From contig JAURFW010000001.1 in NCBI GenBank assembly GCA_030834125.1, positions 4,821-68,820 on the forward strand: a stretch of 64,000 nt of DNA, read 5' to 3'. The translations under genes were made by a program, and so were the position numbers. The DNA is from Bacteroidota bacterium. Its GTDB lineage: Bacteria > Bacteroidota > Bacteroidia > NS11-12g > UBA955. The notes beneath the pieces were generated by a model, which was not told the origin of the DNA, did no database searches, and saw nothing but the letters and a program-made list of their open reading frames with translations. Shown here piece after piece: positions 29,045 through 38,164 of the stretch (position 1 is its first letter; each line of letters begins with the position of its first letter).

Positions 29045-31105
29045 ATGAGAAACTTCTTTAAAAGAATAACGCTATTGAGTTTATTAATGGTCTTAAATTC
29101 AAGTATACTTCACTCTCAGGTCGCAAAAACACAAGTAGTAATGGCTGAAATTAAATTCGTGGATAATTCTATGAAATTAATTTGGGATATACCCACTGGA
29201 TTTTCAGGTACACATAGAATTTACAAAAGAAATCTATTTGATTGGGGTAAGAGTTTCAATTATGTTACGGAATTTGATCAAAACTTTTTTGAATATTCTC
29301 TAACATCGAGTGATGTAGAAACACCAACAGAATGGCTAATTAACAGAGTAGATGGATCGGGAAATATAATCTCACTGGGATATATTGCCAGTGTAAAAGA
29401 TTACAAGCCAGATATTAACCGTGGTTGGGTTCATTTATTAATTGATTCAACTTATGCTACACCTTTAAAAGATGAATTGGATGTTTTAATACTTGAATTA
29501 AGGGATTTGGGGCATTTTGTCACCTTTAATTATGCAAGCAGAAATTCTACTCCTACAGAGGTTAAAAACACCTTAATGGATTCAATCTATTCTAAATTGT
29601 CAAAGGCTGGCAAACCATTGGAATCAATTTATATAATTGGTCATGTACCCGTTCCTTATTCAGGTTATTTTTCTTCTACTGGGCATCGATATCCACCAGA
29701 TGGTCATGCAGAAGGTTCTGGAAATCATACTGGGGCTTGGCCAGCAGATTGTTTTTACGGTGATTTCGATGGATCTTGGACGGATACACGTGTAAGTTGT
29801 ACAACTGGAAACCAAGCTAGACATCATAATGAGCCCGGTGATGGTAAATTTGATGCTTCTGTTATTATAGGCACCGGAACTGAAGGAACATGGTCGCCAA
29901 TTGAGATTCAGGTTGGTAGAGTAGACTTTTTTAATATGCCTGCATTTTTAGAATCTGATACTTCCCTGTTAAAAGAATACTTACAAAGATGCTCAGATTG
30001 GAGAACTGGAAAGATTAAAGTAATCAAACGTGCTCTAATTGATAATAATTTCAGTTCTCTCAATCTGGCATCATCAGGATATCAAAACTTTCCTTGTTTT
30101 GTTGGTATTGATTCAGTATTTGATGATCGAGATTATTTTACGTTTCAAAATTCAGAGAATTATTTATGGAGTTATGGTTGTGGGGCTGGAAGCTATAAAA
30201 GTTGTAATGGAATAGGAACCACAAATGATTTCGCTAACAATAAGGGCAAATTTAGTAATGCGTTTACAATGTTAGCTGGTAGTTATTTTGGTGATTGGGA
30301 TTCTCAAAATAATTTACTTAGAGCAGCACTTGCAAGTGGATCTTTAGCTACTTTTTGGGGTGGAATTCCTAAATGGTATGTTCACCATATGGCTGTAGGT
30401 TCTAATATTGGACTTGGAGCTTGGTTAACAATGAATAATAATAATGAATACTTTAATGGTTTTTTCAATGGGTCAGCTCAAGGTATTCATATTGCGCTAA
30501 TCGGAGACCCTACCCTTACTCTTGCTCCGCCAAAGCCTGTATCAAATATAAAAATCTCTTCAATTAATGGTAAAGTTGAATTAAACTGGGATGCCCCTTC
30601 TGATGAACATATTGATTACTACAAAGTGTTCACATTGAAAGATGCTGCATTCAATAATTTTCAAATTGAACCTTTGAAACATAGTTCCGATGACGGAATT
30701 ACGGCAACTAACAGTTACACAGATAATGGAAATTGGGTATCAGGAAATTATAGATACGCAATATCAGCAGTTAGGATCGACACAACAGGATCAGGGTCTT
30801 ACCATAATTACAGCAAATTGACAATGGTTGAAGTTCAGCACACAAACTCTTTTGAGGCGATTTATGGAGAAACACTTCGAATTTTACCAAACCCTACCAG
30901 TGGTATACTTTTTATTGAATCTAATTGTCAAATTATTCGATACGAAATATTCGACATACTTGGAAGGCTTCAGATGCAGGGAGATTCTTTGGAAAAAGAT
31001 GCCTCAATTAAACTGAGTCCCAATATGATTGACGGTGTTTATCTTATCAACATTTATAGTGAAAACGGTTCAAAGACTTTAAAATTGGAATTAAGTAGGT
31101 CTTGA
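29045..31105 (+). CDS. T9SS-secreted protein with a peptidase-C25-like (gingipain-fold) region, an FN3 domain and a type-A CTD
   Basis: A signal peptide is present. IYIIGHVPVPY...ADCFYGDFDGSW...IQVGRVDF resembles the C25 N-terminal core. PPKPVSNIKISSINGKVELNWDAP is FN3-like. LRILPNPTSGILFIES...GVYLINIY is a T9SS tail. Confidence 0.5.
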   Translation: MRNFFKRITLLSLLMVLNSSILHSQVAKTQVVMAEIKFVDNSMKLIWDIPTGFSGTHRIYKRNLFDWGKSFNYVTEFDQNFFEYSLTSSDVETPTEWLINRVDGSGNIISLGYIASVKDYKPDINRGWVHLLIDSTYATPLKDELDVLILELRDLGHFVTFNYASRNSTPTEVKNTLMDSIYSKLSKAGKPLESIYIIGHVPVPYSGYFSSTGHRYPPDGHAEGSGNHTGAWPADCFYGDFDGSWTDTRVSCTTGNQARHHNEPGDGKFDASVIIGTGTEGTWSPIEIQVGRVDFFNMPAFLESDTSLLKEYLQRCSDWRTGKIKVIKRALIDNNFSSLNLASSGYQNFPCFVGIDSVFDDRDYFTFQNSENYLWSYGCGAGSYKSCNGIGTTNDFANNKGKFSNAFTMLAGSYFGDWDSQNNLLRAALASGSLATFWGGIPKWYVHHMAVGSNIGLGAWLTMNNNNEYFNGFFNGSAQGIHIALIGDPTLTLAPPKPVSNIKISSINGKVELNWDAPSDEHIDYYKVFTLKDAAFNNFQIEPLKHSSDDGITATNSYTDNGNWVSGNYRYAISAVRIDTTGSGSYHNYSKLTMVEVQHTNSFEAIYGETLRILPNPTSGILFIESNCQIIRYEIFDILGRLQMQGDSLEKDASIKLSPNMIDGVYLINIYSENGSKTLKLELSRS

Positions 31106-31173
31106 TTTCCAATAAACTGAACATTATTAATGTAAAAACATATGAAAATTGGTGTTTACCAATAAAGATTCCT

Positions 31174-31181
31174 TAATTTTG
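31174..31181 (+). promoter_or_regulatory. Bacteroidota -7 promoter box
   Basis: TAATTTTG lies 25 nt upstream of ATG 31207. Confidence 0.45.
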
Positions 31182-31206
31182 CGCCCTATTTGAAACTTAA
31201 ATTATT

Positions 31207-33627
31207 ATGAATAATAGTGTTGTTTATTTAGTTCCAGCATTAGGAGTACTTGGTCTTATCGTAATGGCCATTAAAAGTGCTTGGGTATCAAAACAAGATG
31301 CTGGGGACGAGAAAATGCAAAACCTTGCAGGAAAAATTGCTGCAGGAGCAATGGCTTTTCTAAAAGCCGAGTGGAAAGTGTTAACTTATTTTGCTGTAAT
31401 TGCAGCTGCATTGTTAGCATATACTGGAACAATCACTGAAGTTAATGGCAAAGAGATTCATTCTCATTGGATTATTTCCGTTGCTTTCTTGATTGGTGCA
31501 TTCTTTTCTGCGTTAGCAGGTTATTTCGGAATGCGTATTGCTACAAAAGCAAATGTTCGAACAACAAATGCGGCAAAAACTAGTTTATCTCAAGCATTAA
31601 AAGTAAGTTTCAACGGCGGAACTGTTATGGGATTAGGAGTTGCAGGCCTTGCAGTTCTTGGACTTGGCGGTTTATTCATTGTTTTCTACAATATGTTTGT
31701 TGCTGGAGCTGATGAAGCACTAAAAGATATTGAATTAAAAAGAGCAATTGAGGTATTAACTGGATTTAGTTTGGGTGCTGAATCAATTGCACTATTTGCT
31801 CGTGTTGGTGGTGGTATTTACACCAAGGCTGCTGACGTTGGAGCTGACTTGGTAGGAAAAGTAGAAGCAGGTATTCCCGAAGATGATCCACGTAATCCAG
31901 CTACTATTGCGGATAACGTGGGTGATAACGTGGGTGACGTTGCAGGCATGGGTGCTGATTTATTTGGTTCTTATGTTGCAACAATCCTAGCCACCATGGT
32001 ATTAGGATCAGAAATTAAAGTTACAGATAATTACGATGGTCTTTCTCCTGTATTATTGCCAATGGTAATCGCAGGATTGGGATTGGTGTTTTCAATAATT
32101 GGAACATGGTTTGTTCGTATTAAGAATGATAATGGTAATGTCCAAAACGCCCTAAATTTAGGAAACTGGGCAAGTATTGTATTAACTGCTATTGCTAGTT
32201 TTTTTGTAGTAGATTTATTGTTGCCAGAAACCCTTTCACTTCGTGGTGTTGAGTTTGCTAAATTGGATGTTTTCTATGCTATAATGGTTGGTCTTGTTGT
32301 AGGAGCAATTATGAGTATTGTAACAGAATACTATACTGCAATGGGTAAAAAGCCGGTTATGTCTATTGTTCAGAAATCTGCAACAGGTCATGCGACAAAT
32401 ATCATTGGTGGTTTAAGTGTAGGTATGGAATCTACAGTAATTCCAATTTTAGTTTTGGCTGGTGGTATTTATATGTCTTATGCTTTTGCTGGACTTTACG
32501 GTGTTGCCATTGCTGCTGCCGGAATGATGGCAACTACTGCAATGCAGTTAGCTATTGATGCATTTGGACCTATTGCGGATAACGCAGGTGGTATTGCTGA
32601 AATGAGTGAGTTACCCGAAGAGGTTCGTGGAAGAACAGATATTTTAGATGCTGTTGGAAATACTACTGCTGCTACTGGTAAGGGTTTTGCTATTGCATCT
32701 GCTGCATTAACTGCACTTGCTTTATTTGCTGCCTTTGTTGGTGTTGCAGGTATTGATAGTATCGATATTTATAAAGCAAAAGTTCTTGCTGGTTTATTCG
32801 TTGGTGCTATGATTCCATTTATTTTCTCTGCATTAGCAATTAGTGCTGTTGGTCGTGCTGCAATGGATATGGTAAAAGAGGTTCGTAGACAGTTTAAAGA
32901 GATTCCTGGTATTATGGAATACAAAGCTGAACCTGAGTATGAAAAGTGTGTTGAAATTTCCACGAAGGCCTCAATTCGTGAAATGCTTATGCCAGGCGCT
33001 ATTGCTCTGTTATCCCCTGTAATTGTAGGATTTGCTTTCGGACCTGAAGTATTAGGAGGTATGTTAGCAGGTATCACAGTTTCTGGCGTATTGATGGGAA
33101 TTTTCCAAAATAACGCCGGTGGTGCTTGGGATAACGCTAAAAAATCATTCGAAAAAGGTGTTGATATTGATGGAGAGACTTTTTACAAAGGATCTGAGCC
33201 TCATAAGGCATCTGTTACAGGAGATACAGTTGGTGATCCATTTAAAGATACTTCAGGACCATCAATGAATATCTTAATTAAGTTAACCTCAATAGTTTCA
33301 TTAATTATTGCTCCTTACATTGCTGTAGGAGGTGATGCTTGTGCTGAGGGTGATGATTGTTGCAAAGACAAGACAGAAATGACTTCAACGCTTAAAAATT
33401 CTGATAAACAATGTACAGCTAAATCAACTAATGAAGACGGAAGTTGTTGTGATATGTCAGAATGTGCAGGTTTAACCTTGGCAGAATGTATGAAGAAATG
33501 TGATGAAAAAGGTTGTTCTGATGCTCAAAGAGCTGAGTGTATCAAAATGTACGATAAAGATGGAAAGTACATTGGAAAGAAAGAAGAAAAAGCATGTTGT
33601 TCTGAGGAATCTGAAACAGTAAAATAA
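31207..33627 (+). CDS. hppA: Membrane-integral K+-dependent-type ion-pumping pyrophosphatase with an extra Cys-rich C-terminal tail
   Basis: DNVGDNVGD, GGIYTKAADVGADLVGK and DAVGNTTAATGKGFAI motifs. The Ala in GNTTAA marks the K+-dependent class. The 806-aa product has its last 99 aa beyond the conserved core. Confidence 0.92.
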   Translation: MNNSVVYLVPALGVLGLIVMAIKSAWVSKQDAGDEKMQNLAGKIAAGAMAFLKAEWKVLTYFAVIAAALLAYTGTITEVNGKEIHSHWIISVAFLIGAFFSALAGYFGMRIATKANVRTTNAAKTSLSQALKVSFNGGTVMGLGVAGLAVLGLGGLFIVFYNMFVAGADEALKDIELKRAIEVLTGFSLGAESIALFARVGGGIYTKAADVGADLVGKVEAGIPEDDPRNPATIADNVGDNVGDVAGMGADLFGSYVATILATMVLGSEIKVTDNYDGLSPVLLPMVIAGLGLVFSIIGTWFVRIKNDNGNVQNALNLGNWASIVLTAIASFFVVDLLLPETLSLRGVEFAKLDVFYAIMVGLVVGAIMSIVTEYYTAMGKKPVMSIVQKSATGHATNIIGGLSVGMESTVIPILVLAGGIYMSYAFAGLYGVAIAAAGMMATTAMQLAIDAFGPIADNAGGIAEMSELPEEVRGRTDILDAVGNTTAATGKGFAIASAALTALALFAAFVGVAGIDSIDIYKAKVLAGLFVGAMIPFIFSALAISAVGRAAMDMVKEVRRQFKEIPGIMEYKAEPEYEKCVEISTKASIREMLMPGAIALLSPVIVGFAFGPEVLGGMLAGITVSGVLMGIFQNNAGGAWDNAKKSFEKGVDIDGETFYKGSEPHKASVTGDTVGDPFKDTSGPSMNILIKLTSIVSLIIAPYIAVGGDACAEGDDCCKDKTEMTSTLKNSDKQCTAKSTNEDGSCCDMSECAGLTLAECMKKCDEKGCSDAQRAECIKMYDKDGKYIGKKEEKACCSEESETVK

Positions 33628-33644
33628 TATATTTTTCAAATAAC

Positions 33645-33675
33645 AAAAAAGGCCGAGCAATGCTCGGCCTTTTTT
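33645..33675. terminator. Bidirectional rho-independent terminator
   Basis: AAAAAA-GGCCGAG-CAATG-CTCGGCC-TTTTTT lies between the convergent hppA and the 1080-aa BNR gene. Confidence 0.85.
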
Positions 33676-33690
33676 GTTACTAAACTATGA

Positions 33691-36600
33691 CTAGTTCTCA
33701 ATCAATTTTAATTTATTATTTATTGATTTCCACTCATCATTTAAATTATCATACTTTGCAATAAAAGTTTTTACATACCTATTTACCTCATCAACTACAT
33801 TCATATGAGTTAAAGTGGGCGCTTCCATTGATCCCTTCATTTCCCAATAAACTTTTAATACATCCATTTTCATTGAACTATGTGTTTCAAATTCATATTT
33901 ACCAACAGGATCAGAGCCATTTATTTGAGTTAGAATATCGTTAATAGACTTCTGGATACTTACAATTTTATTGTAAACTTCAACATTATTTGAATTCCAA
34001 ACTTGATTTTCGATAACCCTAGTGGTTTTATTGAATAAATCTTCTAATCCATTGGAGATGAGCAGTAAATCTTTTCGGCTAGAATTGAGTTTTTTTAAAT
34101 TATCTATCCTCGCAACATTTTCTTGAATACTACGATGATTTTGTTGATACAAGTATTTTATTTCAATTGTATCAATAGAGGTATGGTTTCTTAATACTCC
34201 ATTATGAGAAATAGATATAACCTTCCAAATATATTTTCCTTCATTAACATAAGGACCTTTTAATTTATTAGCCAATTCGCCTTCCGACGATAATGCTGCA
34301 AATTCATAGCAAACATCCCACTTCGCGGAATTCCAACCTTTGGAAGGTGTAATTTCAATTTGACTTACAATATTTTCAGGATCTTCAAGACTGTATATAG
34401 AAATATAATATTTGTTTTTTATCTCCGTAGATTCAGCTCTTATTGAATCCATGGAAGGATATATAAAATCCTGTCCTTTTGCTTCATTCTCACGTTTTTT
34501 TCTTCTCTTTTCTATATCAGTAATATCGTTATCAATAAAATATCTTAAAGTTAGTTTTTCATCAAGATTATCACCTCTGAATCTAGAAGCACCCTTAAAA
34601 CCATTTCCTGCTCTCCCAAGTTTATTATATGGAATGAATAACTTATGAGTATTATCTGCAATTGTATTGCTTTTTGATTTTTTATACTCTCTAATCAGAC
34701 CATAATCATCACAAACTAAAAATCCTCTTCCAAAAGTTGCTAATACTAAATCATCTTCTCTTTCTTGATAAACAATATCTTTAATCGCAACGGGTGGTAA
34801 ACCTTTCATGAACTTATGGAAGTGAACCCCACCATCAACTGAAATGTACAATCCAAATTCTGTACCTACGGTTATTATATCTTCGTCAATAGGATCAATT
34901 AATATTGATTTTGCCGGCTGATTTTCTGGTATCCCCTTTCCAATTCTCTCCCATTTTCCATTTGTATATTTAACAACAAATGCATCAAATATACCTTGTC
35001 GATGATGATCTAGTACTGCAAATATTTCATTTTTAGTATTTATTTGAATTCCACTAACAAAAGGATAAATTTCAAATTCTGCATTTTTCTTAGATTTTAA
35101 TTCAATTTGTTCGACCCAGTTAGGTACATCCTTGTAAGTTCCATTTCCTATTAATTCCCAATTTTCACCATCATCTTCGGTAATGTATATTAAACCATCG
35201 TCTGTTCCAGCAACAAGTTGCCCTTTTTTACCTTCAACTAAATATGTAATGTTGCCATATATACTTGTACTTTTATTTTTAGCCACAGCATCTAACCCCC
35301 ATATTTTACCCATTACTGGAAATTCATTACGGTCAACAGAACGTGATAAATCTTTACTTATCACATTCCAAGAATTCCCTTTATCATTTGATGCGAATAC
35401 CCGATTAGCAGCGAAATACAACTTATTGTTATCGTATTTTGATATGAGCAATGGTGCATCCCAATTCCAACGAAGTGGCTTTTCTTTTCTTGAAATACTA
35501 GGCTTAATATCTACAGCTTCACCAGTTGTTCTGTTATATCTTATTAAACCTCCATATTGCCATTGGCTGTAAACAATAGTAGAATCTTTTGGATCAATTT
35601 GAGATTTAAATCCATCTCCACCCACTGTAACATACCATTCTTCATTTGTTATTCCATTGTCCGTATTGTTCCTACTTGGACCACCTAAAGAATAATTATC
35701 CTGAGTACCTCCATATACATGGTAAAAAGGATGACTATTATCAACACTTACCCTGTAAAATTGAGTCACTGGAATATTTTCTTTGAAATTCCAATTTTCA
35801 CCGTAATCAAAAGTCTCGTACAATCCCCCATCACAACCTACTAATAAGTGCTTATAATCGTTTGGGTCAATCCAAATAGTATGATTGTCAACATGTTTAA
35901 ATTTTTCTGAAAAACGCGAAATAGTTTTTCCCCCATCTTCTGAAAAATGAAGATAGGTATCCATGAAAAATAATCGATTTCCATTTTTTGGATCTGCATA
36001 AACTTCTTGATAATAATTTCCAGATGTTTGATAATCATTTGTTTTATTCCAGCTAGCTCCATAATCTGTAGATTTATAAACACCGCCCTTTTTACCTTCG
36101 GCCTCAATAATGGCTATTATATTACCTTCTTTAGTTTCGCTACATTCAATTGATATTCTTCCTAAATCGCCAGATGGGAATCCGTTACCAACTTTATTCC
36201 ATGTTTTCCCATTATCTACTGATTTATATAGAGCAGATTCAGGACCTCCTCCTAAGTATGTAAATTCATGTCTTCTTCTCTGATGTGCTGCTGCATATAA
36301 TATTTTTGAATTATATGGATCAATGTGTATTTCATTGAAACCTGTATTCTCAGAAACAGAAAATGCTTTTTCCCAAGTTTTACCACAATCTACCGTGTGG
36401 TAGATTCCTCTATCTCCCCCTTTGCCCCATACATTTCCATAAGCTGCAACCCATATTTCATTTGTATTTTCTTGATTTATTGTAATCATTCCAACGCTAT
36501 ATGATTCCCTTAATCCCATATTTTTAAAAGTCTTTCCTCCATCTTCACTTAAATAAATACCATTTCCATAACCAACACTGCGCTGATTATTGTTTTCACC

Positions 36601-36933
36601 AGTTCCAACCCAAACCCTATTAGGGTTTACCGGATCAATTGCCAAACAACCGATACTGAGAGTACCATATTTGTCAAAAATTGGTTCGTATGTGGTTCCT
36701 GAATTTTCTGTTTTCCAGACACCTCCGTAAGCTGATGCTACATAATATTCACTGTGGTTTTTAGGATTAACTGCAATATCCACAATACGGCCTGAAGTTG
36801 TTGCAGGGCCAATGAATCTAAATGGGATTTGAGATACAAATTGTTGCATTCCCGTATCTTTTTGCGCATTTGATGTATTCAATAATGACAAAAAGACTAA
36901 TAGTAAACTGATTGATTGTATTGGTTTCTTCAT
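33691..36933 (-). CDS. Secreted sortilin/VPS10-like BNR (Asp-box) double-propeller protein
   Basis: A signal peptide is present. Nine SxDxGxxW/F boxes occur (SEDGGKTF, TVDCGKTW, SVDNGKTW, STDYGASW, SEDGGKTI, TFDYGENW, SNDKGNSW, TEDDGENW, SVDGGVHF). The C-terminal ~300 aa look helical and no T9SS tail was seen. Confidence 0.75.
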   Translation of the reverse strand: MKKPIQSISLLLVFLSLLNTSNAQKDTGMQQFVSQIPFRFIGPATTSGRIVDIAVNPKNHSEYYVASAYGGVWKTENSGTTYEPIFDKYGTLSIGCLAIDPVNPNRVWVGTGENNNQRSVGYGNGIYLSEDGGKTFKNMGLRESYSVGMITINQENTNEIWVAAYGNVWGKGGDRGIYHTVDCGKTWEKAFSVSENTGFNEIHIDPYNSKILYAAAHQRRRHEFTYLGGGPESALYKSVDNGKTWNKVGNGFPSGDLGRISIECSETKEGNIIAIIEAEGKKGGVYKSTDYGASWNKTNDYQTSGNYYQEVYADPKNGNRLFFMDTYLHFSEDGGKTISRFSEKFKHVDNHTIWIDPNDYKHLLVGCDGGLYETFDYGENWNFKENIPVTQFYRVSVDNSHPFYHVYGGTQDNYSLGGPSRNNTDNGITNEEWYVTVGGDGFKSQIDPKDSTIVYSQWQYGGLIRYNRTTGEAVDIKPSISRKEKPLRWNWDAPLLISKYDNNKLYFAANRVFASNDKGNSWNVISKDLSRSVDRNEFPVMGKIWGLDAVAKNKSTSIYGNITYLVEGKKGQLVAGTDDGLIYITEDDGENWELIGNGTYKDVPNWVEQIELKSKKNAEFEIYPFVSGIQINTKNEIFAVLDHHRQGIFDAFVVKYTNGKWERIGKGIPENQPAKSILIDPIDEDIITVGTEFGLYISVDGGVHFHKFMKGLPPVAIKDIVYQEREDDLVLATFGRGFLVCDDYGLIREYKKSKSNTIADNTHKLFIPYNKLGRAGNGFKGASRFRGDNLDEKLTLRYFIDNDITDIEKRRKKRENEAKGQDFIYPSMDSIRAESTEIKNKYYISIYSLEDPENIVSQIEITPSKGWNSAKWDVCYEFAALSSEGELANKLKGPYVNEGKYIWKVISISHNGVLRNHTSIDTIEIKYLYQQNHRSIQENVARIDNLKKLNSSRKDLLLISNGLEDLFNKTTRVIENQVWNSNNVEVYNKIVSIQKSINDILTQINGSDPVGKYEFETHSSMKMDVLKVYWEMKGSMEAPTLTHMNVVDEVNRYVKTFIAKYDNLNDEWKSINNKLKLIEN

Positions 36934-36936
36934 AAA

Positions 36937-38112
36937 CTATGATTTGAAATAATTTTCTAATTTTAGTGAAATCCCTTTCCAGGAAAAATTCTGTTCAACA
37001 TGCCGTCTTCCTTTTTCAGACAATTCATTTCTATACTCAGGGGAAATTAAAATTTCCCTTATGTTATTTATGATTTCATCAGAATTACGCGATGGAAGAA
37101 CTCCATTTTTGTTATTAGGCATTTCCAACCCAGCATAACCCACATAAGTTGAAACTACTGGGATACCGCATGCAAGCGCCTCTAAGACCTTATTCTGAGT
37201 TCCAGCACCAATTCGTAATGGCGAAACCACTAGGTGTGCTTTTCTGTATTCATTAGCCAAATTCTCAACAAAACCCATAACGTGAATATTGTCACTTGCC
37301 AATGCTTTTACTTTGGAAACCGGTCGTTGTCCTGCAATAATAAATTGAGCATCAGGTTGAAATTTAAGAATTTCGGGAAATATTTCTTGTGTAAAGTACT
37401 CAACAGCATCAATATTAGGAGCATAATCCATATTGCCTGTAAATAAAATCCTATTTTGTTTTAATTGAATGTTTTTATCTGGGAAAAATGATTGAACATC
37501 TACCCCATTTTGCAATAATTCAACTGAAACATTTGTAGAATCTACCAAGTATTGTTGGTCTTCTTTGCTACAAACAAGAGTTTTACTAAATTTTGGAATT
37601 ATTTTCTTTTCAAATCGCGCCAATCTTTTGTATTCAATAAAATTAAAAGCCCTAAGGAATATGTTTCCTTCTTTTTCAAAACGTCTTTTCCAATACATAG
37701 AAAACGCATCTGGCAAGTCTAAAATTGCTTTACCCATTATATAATCTGGAATAAATTGAGACATCCTCACGTGTTGGACATGAACCGCATGATATTCAAT
37801 TTCTTGTAATTTTTTATTAAGTATATTCTCAAATTTCCTGCTTTTAAAGTAACCTACTTGAAAGGGCTTTATAGAAAAAATAGTAAATAATACATTTAAA
37901 TAGGACTTCCATTTTGGTATATATATATAATCGATAGACTTGAAATATTTATTCAATTCCTTAATATATACTATGTCTTCTTTTGTTTCAGCTATTGTGA
38001 TTAAATCTAGGTCGTTTGAAATTGATAATTCTTTTGCCAAATTGTAAATTTTGAGTTTATCTCCTCGGAAAGGTGGAAATGGCATTCGATTCGCGACAAA
38101 AAGTATCCTCAC
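36937..38112 (-). CDS. GT4-family (GT-B fold) glycosyltransferase
   Basis: The N-terminus MRILFVANRMPFPPFRGDKLKIYNL and the C-terminal QNKVLEALACGIPVVST (E..EA..G.PVV) motif. GTG start. The stop lies 3 nt before the BNR gene start. Confidence 0.75.
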   Translation of the reverse strand: MRILFVANRMPFPPFRGDKLKIYNLAKELSISNDLDLITIAETKEDIVYIKELNKYFKSIDYIYIPKWKSYLNVLFTIFSIKPFQVGYFKSRKFENILNKKLQEIEYHAVHVQHVRMSQFIPDYIMGKAILDLPDAFSMYWKRRFEKEGNIFLRAFNFIEYKRLARFEKKIIPKFSKTLVCSKEDQQYLVDSTNVSVELLQNGVDVQSFFPDKNIQLKQNRILFTGNMDYAPNIDAVEYFTQEIFPEILKFQPDAQFIIAGQRPVSKVKALASDNIHVMGFVENLANEYRKAHLVVSPLRIGAGTQNKVLEALACGIPVVSTYVGYAGLEMPNNKNGVLPSRNSDEIINNIREILISPEYRNELSEKGRRHVEQNFSWKGISLKLENYFKS

Positions 38113-38117
38113 AAAGA

Positions 38118-38125
38118 CAAAAATA
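38118..38125 (-). promoter_or_regulatory. Bacteroidota -7 promoter box (minus strand)
   Basis: Plus-strand CAAAAATA equals TATTTTTG on the minus strand. It ends 5 nt before the GTG start at 38112. Confidence 0.4.
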
Positions 38126-38164
38126 CCCTTAAAAGTTTAAAGTATTCGGTATTATTGTGATACA

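Noticed and set aside
31912-31938. A tandem direct DNA repeat, gataacgtgggt gataacgtgggt.
   Set aside because: It encodes the universally conserved DNVGDNVGD pyrophosphatase motif. The repeat reflects protein constraint and is not a repeat element.
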